Part shown: one piece after another, positions 12,600 to 25,093 of the stretch
Numbering within the stretch: the stretch's first letter is position 1
How the letters are laid out: every line of letters begins with the position of its first letter
Assembly (NCBI GenBank): GCA_964187785.1
Contig: OZ076409.1
Span: 42,596,001 to 42,660,000, forward strand
DNA: 64,000 bases
Origin: Amphiscolops sp. MND2022
Taxonomy: Eukaryota
Direction of reading: 5' to 3'
The notes under the pieces: model-generated
Database searches by the model: none
Told to the model about the DNA's origin: nothing
Seen by the model: only the letters and a program-made list of their open reading frames with translations
Program-made: the position numbers and the translations under genes

Positions 12600-15500
12600 T
12601 ACCACGCCTCTTGATCGAAGGCTTAAAAAAGTTTATGTGCCAATCAGTACAGATCTTCACAGCAAAAAAAGTGACCAAGAAATTACTATAAAGTAATCCG
12701 AGTTTGCAGCAAATACAAAAACTACTCCAGCAAACCATGTTCCCGGAATATTACAACAAAAGCGGATTATCAACACCTCTACTAGATCAGACGGTCGCAA
12801 TATGTCTAGTTTCATTCGACAAAACCAAGTCGAAACGACAAACGTGTGTCGAACATGGAGGAATTGCTGAATCAAATATAAATTGAAAGAACTCGAGACA
12901 GAAAGACAGAACGGCACAGTTATTCATTCAAAAAAGTTAGACTACGCATACCGACAAATTGTCCAATCAACGAGCAGACAATACGTATTCGCACTAATCG
13001 GCGGAAACTTAGAAGACATTACAGATACAAAAACCAAAAAGATAATTTACGGGCGTGCCGATAAACTCAAAATAGTTCGAAAAAACACTTGGATACTCTA
13101 CGCCGACTGGACCAGACGATATATGGCAGAAACAAGATGATGGAAACACAAAATCGATAGCGTACGGTAGTAGATACATGAATGAAACCGAAAAAAACAC
13201 CATCAGAGAGTTAAAAATACTGGCGGTAGCGTGGGGTCTAGAGTGATTCCAATTTTATTTTTACGGAAACAAAGTTTATCTCCAAACGGATCATTGAGCA
13301 TTAGAAACATTGATCAAAAGAAAACGAAGCAACAAACTACAATGAAGAGTACGTAATTAACCTATTAACCGAACACGCTGACTTAAAATTGCCGAACACG
13401 CTGACCGATTGAAACGCGAAAAACGTACCTGAGACAACGAATGATAAATCCGAAACGAAAACTGAGGACATGGCGCACCAATCACAAACGAAAAAGACAT
13501 TCATTCGAGAACAAAAACAGAGTGATCAAACCTCATCAAAGCGAACCAAGTACATCCGGGCTGTCCATACTAACACTTTTATGTTTATTCACTTTTGTTA
13601 AGAGAAATACCAATACTGAATTAGCTCAAGCACTTTTTAATCATGGGGAGGTCGTCCTGAGAGATAATGGAAAATCTCAGAGGAAGAAACTATAGTCCGG
13701 AGACGAGAACACGCACTGAACAGAAACAGCATTTTTCCGGCCGAGAACATTGAGACGCCAGGATGAACCGCGATCACAACGGACGAGATTTGCTCGGTCA
13801 CGCCCGATCAAAAGGAGAAGAGAACAAAAAAGCGCATTACATCCAAATTATTCACAAGAATGGAAATTTGACCACAAATTAAAAGATTACATGAACATAT
13901 ACAAGAAAACCTAATTCGAGTTTATAATTGACTTAGAAATCTAAGTTTGAAAAGAGTCATCAGACTGGGTTGACGAAAGTGAGAAACAGTATGCGTCGAG
14001 AAGACCGAAAAAGAATCCCGGATGACTACCGATGACTACCGGATGACTATCTCTTCGAGAAACTTTCAATCAGATGGGGCCTGGTCTTTGTTGATGACCA
14101 GATTGCTGTTCCGTTTGATCTAGGAATATGACTATAGGACATCTTTTATTTCTGTTTGTATGACACAAAGAAAATGATATCAGAAGCAAAGATATTCTGG
14201 TACACAAAAGTGCACAAAGTAACGGCCTGCAAAGTAACGGCCTGCAAAGATTGTTTTGCTGCTCTGGTAAAGGTCTTGAAAATCAAATACCGATAACACT
14301 ATAGGAGAAACTAGAGAAATTATTTGAATACAAATCGATTTTACCGGAAAATTACACAAAACTGTTCACAGAAAAGTAAAAATACATATTGCGATAGATA
14401 GATTTAGCAAATGGCGGGCAGAGAAAATCTGTAAACCTGCGGATTTCAAAGAAGTAAAGAACTTTCAGTCCGGTAATTTTAATTTGAACAGAATACCGGA
14501 AAAATCAAATCCGATGTAGGATGCGCATTGGTTTCGAAATTACTCTGCGAAAATTCCAAAAGCTGAACTAATGAGATTGAGCGTTTCACACCTCGAATTA
14601 AATACGGCAAAAGAACACAGTAGTAGAAACAGCGAAATGAAGTCTAAAACAAATAGTTAAAAAAGTAAGAATGACGGAAAAAACTTGACAAAGAGTCTGA
14701 ACCAAGCCCAACGAGTTATGCAGTTCACCATACACACCCTTCTTACAAGAACGCTATTTGAAATTTAATACGGAAGAAAAGTTTTTAGGACGTTTTCATT
14801 TGAGTGGTTTCAATTGTCCATTTTGTCACTGAAGAGACCAAAAATACCAAGCGATGTATTCCGTAACGGGGAAGGACACATTACCATCATATAGTAAAGT
14901 CCAGAATGAAAGCAGAAGAAAAGGCTTGGCCGAACGCCTAAAGTCACCAAGGAAGAAAATTTTCTTTAGCTATCCTTTCGAATTTGTGTAAAAACTATAA
15001 GGAAAAACGTTTGGGAGAAAAGCTCTAAAAGACAACTCCAAAAATATGGCCCGGAATCAACCGAGATATTTTAAACATAAAGCTAAAGATCGTGCAAAAT
15101 AGAAAACACAATGACAGCAAATCTGACGACGAGGATGAAGATAAAGAAGACAAAGAAGTGTCGGAACAAACCGGGAGAAAATCTTACAACCCCTCCAAAC
15201 GTGACGGAAGTAATGTGCCAACATGAACTCATCTGGAATACGACACGATAGATACACACCGACGGAGAAATATCGGTTGAGAATTTCGAAACAAAATACT
15301 GCGGTCAAGCCGAATAACTTACAAACTTAATGGATATTATAGCATAACAGATACCGGAAATTTCTGGTGATGAAATTTTAGATACTTGAAGAAGGTTGTA
15401 TAGTTTATAGATACCTCGCCAAACACGTCCAAAGGAACAACAGGAGGTGATACAGAAGCCACCTGAATTGCATCCGGGAGATGCAACACCTCCGAGACCA

Positions 15501-15690
15501 TCATATGCATTCAACTAGGGAAACCAGGGAGGAAGAATGAGGAGGAACTGTTATACGGTCAATCCTGTTCCTTGCCTTTACCGAGATTTGGTTCATCCAG
15601 TGTCTAGAAGACTAGGAGTTTTTGATAAAAAAACTCAAAACGATACAATCATTCAAACTACATTGGTACGCTTGATTTACAAAACCTACA
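12600..15690 (+). mobile_element. 5'-truncated, heavily decayed Ty3/Gypsy element 2 (RT-RNase H-integrase, PPT, 3' LTR)
   Basis: RT fragment KLDYAYRQI...YVFALIGG (12883-13140); RNase H GSRYMNETEK...LAVAWGLE...YLQTDH (13140-13330); integrase DFTG, AIDRFSKW, KSDVGCA (14335-14530); purine tract GGGAGGAAGAATGAGGAGGAAC directly before TGTTATA. Confidence 0.82.
15549..15690 (+). repeat. Putative 3' LTR of Gypsy element 2
   Basis: Starts TGT right after the polypurine tract; plausible ...CCTACA end. No partner LTR in the window, so the end is tentative. Confidence 0.5.
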
Positions 15691-16384
15691 GTTGCTAGCA
15701 ATAGAAACTTTTTTTAACGTAATCTCTTTTCTCAGCCTAGAAAACCTCAGAAAAAAGCACCTTGGTCAGATAAAATACTTGGTTGTTGACGAAACCAAAA
15801 AAGTGCAGTACATTGGTTCCCATAGAAGCGCCCGAAAAATGGTCCTAAAATTTGTACAGAAAATTTCAATCTTCTGTTAAGATCTTCGCAGATCTGTACC
15901 TGTCTTTCCCAATCTGTGCAACGATCCTCAAGGGATCATCCTTTAAAGATCCAACTTGTAATAAGGCTCACAAATTGGTAGAGATTCTGAAGGAAAGCTC
16001 AACATGGGAGCATGGTGTCTCGTATTAACGCTTTTTGAAAGCGAATACTTTTTCTAGCCGTAATGCTTTTGCTTAGTTAAAAAATAGTTGGTTCAAAAAT
16101 TTGTGAGGGGGGCGAGTGACGGAATCTTTGTTTCGGTGAAAAACATTGAAAAGGATGCCGTCGTTTAGGGTTTTGGATGCAATGACGAAGAAATGGAATG
16201 TTCGAAGGAGCGAAAAAACTTCCAAAAAAAAACAAAATGTGTGTTCGGAAAGCAGGTTGAAGTCCCAGTTGGCTTCTTTTGCGTAATAGATATATCAGTC
16301 TCCAACAGTTTGCATGCAATTTCCGCCAAAATTTTGAATACGGCCATTTCGAACGAATTTTTGTGATAAAAAAATTTCGATTTC

Positions 16385-16510
16385 TATCGATGGGATCATC
16401 CTTCACGAAAGCCCATCGATGCCCATTGATGTGCCCATTGATGGCCATCGATGGGCCCAATGGGACTGCGATGGCCATCGATGAACTGCGATGGGATCCC
16501 AGTACGGGTA
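16385..16510. repeat. Sub-terminal palindromic array (CCATCGATGG / CCCATTGATG) ending GGG|TA; one end of a TIR element
   Basis: Repeated ATCGAT/CCCAT motifs terminating in CAGTACGGG-TA, the same terminal style as the 58306-59263 element. Confidence 0.5.
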
Positions 16511-17994
16511 TTCCGATGCTCTTTCGTTTTTAAACAATTGAGGTTTGTAAGTTTCCGAATATTTCCCAGAGGGAGATTCTTACAGATTCTTACAGTATAA
16601 AAATCTCGCAGTGTTACTGAACCTCTTGCTGCTACATTCTTTCGGAATAGTATTTGAGAGAAAGAAAAGTTCTGCCGCGAGTTTGTTGCTTTCCAAATGT
16701 TCCCTGACCGCCAAAACAATTGTACCGCCAAAAGCAGTCTGAAACATAAAGCATCAAAAATTTAAAAAATAAAATTCAACAGTTAGCGTTGCGTAATGTG
16801 GCAATAAAGCAGTTTTTAAGATCTTATTTCAATATTTCAAATTCAACTGTTCGTTCTCCAAAAAAGGCCTAGGACTGAACTAAGTGAGTTGTTTTTATAA
16901 AGGCTCAGAAAGTGAATACCGAGGCACCGCTGCTGATTCATCGCTGACCTGTCACGGTAAATTGAATTCACGATGACAAAAAATGCGGCGGAGACAGTTC
17001 ATAACTGTAGTATCTTCGTTTAAAGTGTCGACAAAAAATGAACAAAGTGAAATCTTTTCGGGAAATTCTTACAAAAGCTAGCTTCGCACAACTTCGTGTC
17101 GGCCTTCGTCAAAACCAGCCGTTAGACCGGTAATGGCACGTCGCTCAGTTTTGCACTAGAGGTATGTGACCGTGGCAGATTACGATTGCCTTCTTTAGAC
17201 GTTATTTACCTTCCCCGTAATTATTAGGTGTAATGTCCAATTTGAGCGAATTTTCCGGACACCAGTTAGAACAGTTACCTTGGTTCTTCTCAGCTTCTGT
17301 AAGAGTCCAGGTGAGGTATTAAAGCGCATAGTTGCAGGACCACCTATGAGCTCTAACGTCGAGAACATGGATGATGGAGTAATTGGAGTGCTTTGAGATT
17401 TTCACAAAGTTTGATACATGTACTGAAAGCTCGAAACATTGGATTTCTTGTTTGATCAACACTTCCTTGTTCATTTTTCCATTTTTTTGTGTTTTGCATG
17501 TTGAAGAACTTGAGATTTCAAATATTAAAACAAGCTGAAATGCCATCAAAATCTTTACTTCAGAAGTGCTGTGCAAGAAATGAATTGATTGTTTTTCGAT
17601 CTAATACCCCCCAATAAAATTCGATCACTTGCCATCAACTTTACACTGCTTTTCAACAACTACAATGTTATGTGTATGGGTAGGTAACAAATGTGTTTTA
17701 TAACTCCTCATTACCACGGGAACGAAAAACGACACGTTGGGTGTGCTATTAAAGACAACTTATGATTATCAAAAGTTCCTCCGTTTCTACATTTTTCTCT
17801 TGCAAAAAAGTTATGACCGACAAAATGTTCTCTTAGTACGACTTTATCTGGCGAGGTTGCAAGGGGTTATTGCTCTGGAAAGTTTCTCTGGAAGGAATTC
17901 ATTCACTGATGTAAACAAATGGTGTGCCGAGAATGAGATAGAAGTTGGAAAGTGAGGGTTCTGAATGGATATTTTGTAGGCAAAAGTGACACAT

Positions 17995-18239
17995 TGTACG
18001 GGGGAATGGCTGGGAATAGCTAATGGGGATAGCCGGTCCCCTCGGAATGCGAATAGGGGACTGGTGCATTGTGCTTAGTATATAAATATAGTATATGAAA
18101 GCGTGTTATTTCTCACTTTGTCCTAGGAAAAGGTCGCTCGGACTAAATTTATAAGAGCCACCATCTGCAGTATTAGCAGAGGCTAAAAGCCGTCCACCGG
18201 ACAGCAGAAAGGCCGTAGTAGACTTTTTAATGGCATGCA
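17995..18239 (+). repeat. Candidate solo LTR (245 bp)
   Basis: TGTACG...CATGCA ends, flanks CACAT/AACAT (4 of 5 match), internal TATATAAATA box near 18079, GC-richer than its flanks. Confidence 0.35.
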
Positions 18240-21227
18240 AACATAATTGGTTCACACTTTTTTTGACTAAGATCTAAATTGGAAGGAAAATAACGTGGGA
18301 AGGAACAAAAATTGATGTTATCACACCTGTATGAAAAGACCAATAAGAGTGAAAGGAGTAGATTGCCATTGAAAAAATGGAAAAATGCTTCTTTTTGTTC
18401 AAATTCTGTTCACAATAACTGCACAATGCGTCCAATGGGAACAGGTTGAATTTTGTCCTTATCTTCCCCGCATTGAGTTGAATTTTGCCTGGTTATCTTT
18501 CCCACTTCCACTCCAAGTTGATTTTTATTCATACTTGAAAATTCCTAACCGGCACAGCAACTATTCTGTGCTATCGTGTGTAACAATTCGTGAATAATTT
18601 AATTGTGCCGAAAGATTTCAAGTACAAAGTATAGCCCGCCTCTAGTTTCAGAACATTTCTACCTGGAACATTCGCAATGTTTACCTTGCCCCGACAGATG
18701 TAGGCAATAGTTCCCGGCTCACCCCAGGGATACTTCACCGCCAAAAAGGAGGCGGAGAGATGCTACCATGAATAGAGTAGTTTTGCTGACGCAAATACGC
18801 AAAGTTCCCAATGAATTGTAAAACACAGAGTCTCTAAACAAAATTATGGACATTTTATTGTCTCATTACAGATTATAAATATTTTATGAGGTTTCTTCAA
18901 ATGGGCAAAACTATATAGGCGACATTTTCCTCCCTTATCTCGATCTGTGTTGAGCGATGGTCACTTTTTATGCTCTCAAAGCACTGCACATTTCCATCGA
19001 ATAATTCACTGTTGGAATTTAATATTTATCCAGCTTTACTATTTCGTTAAAAAATCTTTTCAATCGTCAGCGCATCATCAGCCGTTAGAACTTATTGTTG
19101 TTCTCAACAAATATCGCCGCCGACTTTGATCTTCGAAGCTCAGTTAACCTGAACCTTGTCAGTTGAGTTATTTGTTCATTCGCTTCTCTTTCCTTTCTTT
19201 TTTTGAAAAAAAAAGCTTTCCCCTTACTTCCTCTTACAAAACATCGGGATCTGAGCAATCAGTATCCGGCGAGGTCAGTGTTCATATCCTTCCCAGAGTG
19301 TATATATGCATTGACAGCGTGGCTGTGATTCTGTGACCAAAAATTACCGCCAATTGTGAATTGGTCATTCTAAATCAAACAATTTCCGCGGGATACTTCC
19401 GTCCCAATCCCATCCCAGACGTTAACGGCACTCATAATCAACTGTGACTTGCGTCCACTAACCTTTGTCAATTGCGCTCATTACACACTTCATTCACGGC
19501 TGCTTTTGACTCCATAACACCATTAAGCACCGCGCCCGCCCGCCAGAGGGCTCAGAGGGGAACAAAAAACAGGTAATTTCAACTTCATTTGCTCTGTTGG
19601 CTCTCCACTCATGTACCTGCGACCGCGTTTTGGTTCTAATCAGGTTAGAGTTCACTCGAAAAAATCCTTCAAATACAGGCGAAAAAACTTCAGATTTTTT
19701 TCAGCTGAAAAGATACTAGGATAGTTTTGATGACACTCGAAAACTTGTCATTGCGAAAAGAAACAAAAGAAATTTCAAAAATGGTTTTTTATGAAAACAA
19801 CTCATTGGGAAATTCCTGGGACCATAATTGCCATTGTGATGTCTGAGTGTTTGCAATTACATCCTGGAGAATTTCAAAACATGGCAGTCTTTGAATAAAT
19901 CATTGAAGAATCCGTTTCATTTTTGTAAAATTTACTTGAAAACTTTAGCATTAAGTGTGCATTTCACATGAAACTGGATTTTTTGTTTAGATTATTGGCA
20001 GAATCGATGTTCCTGCTGGCATAACATTTATAAAAAAGATCAATTGTACGGAACGTGATCTAGTACGTAGAATTATATAAAGCTTGTCCGATAAGTATCA
20101 GGAAGTTTCTTTCTTCAATGATAATTTATCGTCCATAACATTGTTTGAATCCTTTTTGAGAAGTCGACATCATTACGCTGGTATCATTGGATTATATAAG
20201 TACCTTGCTGCATAGATTTCGTTATATTATCGCCTGGTACTCCGGGAAAATGTATTACTAGCTATCTGAGGCGTCGTATCTACCTGCAGTATTCCTAATT
20301 CTGTTAACTACAAGGGATTTCAAGTCTCAACACCCCAAGGTAATTTTTCATTTTTTTTAAACAACAAAGCGCGAGACAGACTGTTACGTCAGTCAATCAC
20401 TGCGACCAGCTAAAACCATGCGGCTCTCTAAAAACGGAAGACATTATTCTAAAATGACCAAATAAGGCTTAGTGCGACAACTTTTGGAGTAATTTCCAGT
20501 TTGTTTTCCTATTTTTTTCCGCCAACTCATTACACCAGTGATGTGTTTAGTCTTTCAGTCTGTAAACATTCTTATTTTAACGTTTTTGACACTGTGTGAC
20601 TATAACAGTTTGAGAATTTTTTTTATTTTCCGCCCATATTTCATATGGGAAAGGAAAATATTCAAATCAAACGGGTTACGGGTTTTTTTTTACAAAATTT
20701 GCCAAGAATTATTGTTTACGTAATATGAAGAAGTACATTCACAGAATTCAACTGACATAAATTTAGTTCCATGCGATATGTATTTGTAAAGATTTTTGGA
20801 CTTAAAACGATTTTGTTGCTCAAATAATTTGGGGCGGAAAATATCCCGCTGGTCCGCGGGCGTCTTGTTTAAAAAAAGTTTTGTTTGAGTTTCCTTTGTT
20901 TTTTTGTTGATTCAGTCAATTTTCTAAAATGAAACAGATTCTATTCCAAGAGGCCCTGCAGTCGTATATGAGATTGAAAAAATGACGGTTAAGTCAAAAT
21001 TGAAATTTTGATTTGAGTAAAACGGCAACCGCTCCAACAGTTAAACCCATAATCTGGTCGGATCCTTTTATGTTCCAATCCGTTGTAAAACTTGAATTTC
21101 CTTTTATGTTTCCTTGATGTGTCTTTCAACTTTTTATACACCGTGCTTTTACGAATGCATCACGAAGGAAAAGTTCTCTTGGGTTTTTTAGTCTGGATTT
21201 TTTAGTCTTTAGTAAAAAACTCTTGGG

Positions 21228-21993
21228 TTTTTTAGTCGGTGCATTTTCGTTTATAAAGGAAAAATGCCCGACTCTCACAGTGACTCTTTTTGTTCAGACC
21301 ACAGACCTCACACTGAAAGGTCCACTTTTTACAAAAACTACTAAAACTACTAAGGCCAAGTCCGGCCAATGCAAACTTAGCGCAAAGGGTCCCCCTTTCA
21401 ATTTTACTTTTTTAACGTAACCTACGCAAACCGGACGAGACTAAAGGGTCCTCCCTTTCATTTTTTCGGCACTGTTCGACTTTTTTCTTGCATTTTTTAT
21501 GTCCCCGAAGGGTCCCTTCGAGGTTTTTTGCAACAGAATGTATGGTAATAAATCGGGAAGAGTCCCAACTTTTACTTTTTCGGTACTGCGCGACATTTTC
21601 CGAAAGAAAAAATACTTACGATTTTTTCAAAAAATGTTTTTTGTCCCCAGTTTGGGAAACAGTGGTTTCCGAGTCTTATCGTGCATGAAAGGCACCCTTT
21701 GGGTGTCTCGAAACTGTTTCCTCAGCTTTTCATAACTACGTCCTGGGCAAATTTTAAAAATTTTGCTCTTTTTGAGCCTCAGCTATAGCGCCGACTTCAG
21801 ACTTCTATAGCGCCGACTTTAGACTTCTATAGCGCCGACTTTAGACTTCTATAGCGCCGACTTTAGACTTCTATAGCGCCGACTTTAGACTTCTATAGCG
21901 CCGACTTTAGACTTCTATAGCGCCGACTTTAGACTTCTATAGCGCCGACTTTAGACTTCTATAGCGCCGACTTTAGACTTTCTCGTCTTGTTT
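21228..21993 (+). mobile_element. Non-autonomous DINE-1/Helentron-like element (HINE), copy A
   Basis: T-run + AGTCGGTGC subTIR, nearby partial inverted repeat GAAAAATGCCCGACT (21259-21273), internal AAAGGGTCCCC motifs, 3' subTIR GCGCCGACT followed by AGAC...GTCT hairpin and TTGTTT. Confidence 0.7.
21783..21980 (+). repeat. Minisatellite, 9 x 22 bp (CTATAGCGCCGACTTTAGACTT)
   Basis: Read directly: 198 bp, nine head-to-tail units, one substitution in the first unit. Confidence 0.97.
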
Positions 21994-22969
21994 CAGATTT
22001 TATTGCCATGTCAAAGTACTTTTTTGTTCTTTTGTTTATCTTCTTTTTAGCTGTTGTGAGACGCACGTTTCCGGTAAAAGCTGTTCACAGTTTTTATATT
22101 TTCAAAGGTAAAAAAGTGTTCCCCAGACGAACCTGCCGGAAAGTTTTCCATGTTGCATCCATGTATGCATTCGAAAGTTTTGATAAACATAGAAAATACT
22201 AAAATCACGAATAGAGAAGTTTTGTACGATTACAATGCAGCTTCCACAGTTTCAAATAAAACTGAAAACATTTCTTCTTCTTCACGGCCGCAATCACTTT
22301 AGTTTTCACGCATAAGTTTCTAAAGTAAGACCTTATGTAATAATCGTTAGTCAAACAGCACGCTGATTATGACGCTACTTGGAAACTTATTTTGCGATTG
22401 AAGTTTGTTTGCATTGAAAGCTCGGTAAAATTGATGAAGTCACAGCTGCTTTCAAAGTTAGAATTGCTGCTTAACGAGACTTGCAAAACGTCGCAGCTCA
22501 GAATTGCCGCGAAATTTAAGATGCATTTTATAGGCCACTTGATACAATTAATTTTTGCATCACTGAAATTTTTTGCCGGAAGTTTCCTCCAGAATTTATT
22601 AAAATCATAAAAATTTAGCTTGGTAACCTACAAAACTTGAAAAAGTTAAAGCACTTCCAACTTGGGTTTACAGTTCGAAACTAACCGGAGCGACAAACTT
22701 TTGTATCGATTAGAGGTCTGATGACTGATCAAGTTTTAATCTATCGAAGTAGGCTTCAGTTCCCCCGATTCGATTTTCCTTTCAATTTTAGGCTTCTGAA
22801 TCACTAAAGTGTTTCAGGATAAAAACCCGATAAGAAACCAGGGTTTGCAGGCTTGAAGAGCGATTATGTTCAATTTACGTCCTGATTAGCTGTGTTGTAC
22901 TTGTTCTCTGAAGAAAGTGTCTATTTATAGCCAATTGAACTAACTATTACTATTACTCTAAAAGACATA

Positions 22970-23479
22970 GAGCAATGAGACAACTCATATCAAGCAACGA
23001 CTCAATTCAGGCGACAACTCATATCAATTAGGAAAAAGCGACAAATCGTATCAAGTTTGCCAGTAGGTTACCAATACCTTAAGTTAATTCCAAGAACAAC
23101 ATATATTTATATAATTGAGTGCAATTTGAAATTTTGAAGTTTTTATTGTTGCATTTTTTTGCTCTCTACTCGAGATATTTTCTCTGCAGCATTTTTGATT
23201 TTCACACTTATTTGACCTTCACACTGATTTTTACCATGAAATCTTGTTTCTATTTTATAACTTCTAATAATTACTTCTCCATTAACTAATTTTCTCTATG
23301 TGATGAATTATTTGGAATATTTTTTCTTATATAGATTTCAATTTATGGAAATGATTTTTGATTGATATTAGTTATTGTTTGATATGAGTTTTCGCCTGAT
23401 ATTTATTTATCGTTTTTCAGATTGAAATGAGTTGTCGCCTGATATGAGTTGGCGCTTGATGAGTTGTCGCCATACGCTC
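22970..23479. mobile_element. MITE-like element with GAGC...GCTC ends and GCGACAACTCATATCA sub-terminal repeats
   Basis: Motif repeated about 4 times at the left end (22978-23055) and inverted (TGATATGAGTTGTCGC) at the right end (23380-23470); AT-rich core; no clear TSD. Confidence 0.7.
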
Positions 23480-24399
23480 TGAAAACCTAAAACTACAAAA
23501 GGCATTACACTTTCATTTTCGCCGCTAACGAGTTAGAAAAAAGTAGACTATTTGAGAGCTTCCATTCACTAGCCTAAAGGCTCAACGCATTGAACCTATA
23601 CTATGAAATAATGCTGTCTTTAATTTTTTTTTCAAATTTTTGAAACAAAATGCAGGACCATCCAAAGTTAGCTCCCGCTCAAATCTCAATATGCATTTGT
23701 TCTTTCAAAAATGTTCATTTTCAAATTAGGGAGTTGTTATCAATTTAGAACTGAGAAATCCTTATTCAGTTGTTTCAATCATAATAATGGGGTTTCCAAT
23801 TTTGATCAATTGCGGTAGAAATTTGAAGTTAAAGACCGGTTCAGGTCATGTTGCTTGCGAACTGAACTTGAAATCTTGAAAGACAACGTTGAAAGGAAAC
23901 GCTAGGTAGAGTGATTTTGCATTTGTCGAACGTCTGTATCTTTTCAAACTGAACTTTTCAGTACCGTTGTTTGATAAAAGTACACATTCCATTAAAAATG
24001 CAATAGTATCGCATTGATGACGTTAACTACGTCTCTTCCCATATCTTTTATTTTAATTGATTGGGTTGTTGCTAAAAAAGTGCGAGTTTTGGTTCTGACA
24101 AGAAATTGAAAACTGCTGATTTATTGAAGAGTTGGCTCTAGCGAAACCCGGAATCAAAGAGTTCTGAACTTGGCTGCTGTATACTTTAGTAAAAAGTATT
24201 TTTAATCTATGATATAGTAGTTCAATTTCCACGCGAAATTAATCAAGTCAAAATGACATTGTTAAAGTTTGTTTGTCAACAAATTTTCGTCTTAGGTTTG
24301 AATGTCTGTGACGTCAAAGATTCAGGCTTTTACATCTAACCCCCTGAATACGTTCAAAAATTGTAGTTGGACAGTAGCTGGGATTTTCGGTGCACCGAA

Positions 24400-25093
24400 A
24401 ACATGTTATTTTCATCGTTTAAGCTTCAAGTTCCTTCCTGTTTTTCTTCTGTTGTCTTTCTTCTTGTTTTTCCTGAGAAAAATTGACAATGCTCTGATTT
24501 CTTTCTGTTTCTTTTCAAAATGAAGTGTTCGTTGAAAATGGTACTAGTTGATTGGCTTCGATATGATCTGGGCGTTTCTTAATATGCACTCGAGTAATGT
24601 CGGTTTTTGGCGTATGGGCCAACGCCGCGTATAAACTCTTGCCGTATTGAAGGTTCTTCATCGGTTCAACTCGTCGTGTGCACTGTTCCATTCCTAATAA
24701 CTATTTCTGACATAGATGCCATGTGTTTTTATTTGATGCAGTGTTGGAACCGTTCGGTCCATTCTTTCGGTCAATATAGTTTCTTACCGTCAAGTCCGTT
24801 GTCTTCTAGGTATGATAGTGAGATGCCCCTGGCTGTCAAGTTGGTCACGGTGTAAAGTTGGTTGTGGTGTCATGTAAAATTTTGCTGTGTCGGTTAGGAA
24901 TGAAAACAGTAATCCTGCTCACTGCGCCCTGTTATATCCGTAGTAAAAAATGAAAGACATCAACAAAATGTTCCACAGTAAAACCGTCCCACTGAAAATA
25001 TCAAATCAATTAGGATTTGTTAACGTTTGTTTATCAACAACTTTCAATCTTCATTACGAATGGCTGTAACCTCTAAAAATTGAGGATGTTACA
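24400..25093 (-). mobile_element. Gypsy-like 5' stub: LTR (24930-25093), PBS (24911-24929) and gag fragment
   Basis: Minus strand reads TGTAACATCC...GGATATAACA, then GGGCGCAGTGAGCAGGATT (one change from a TGGCGCAG...AGGAT tRNA-Ser-type PBS), then A-rich gag-like sequence. Confidence 0.55.

Noticed and set aside
17280..17425. Possible host exon with AG/GT borders on the minus strand
   Set aside because: Stop codons in all three frames.
21783..21980. CRISPR-like array
   Set aside because: Units are head-to-tail with no spacers, there are no cas genes, and the context is a eukaryotic transposon; it is a minisatellite.
23700..24200. Faint LRR-like words on the minus strand (NNPI, GNPI, DNNSL)
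   Set aside because: Too short and in different frames; no regular periodicity could be shown.
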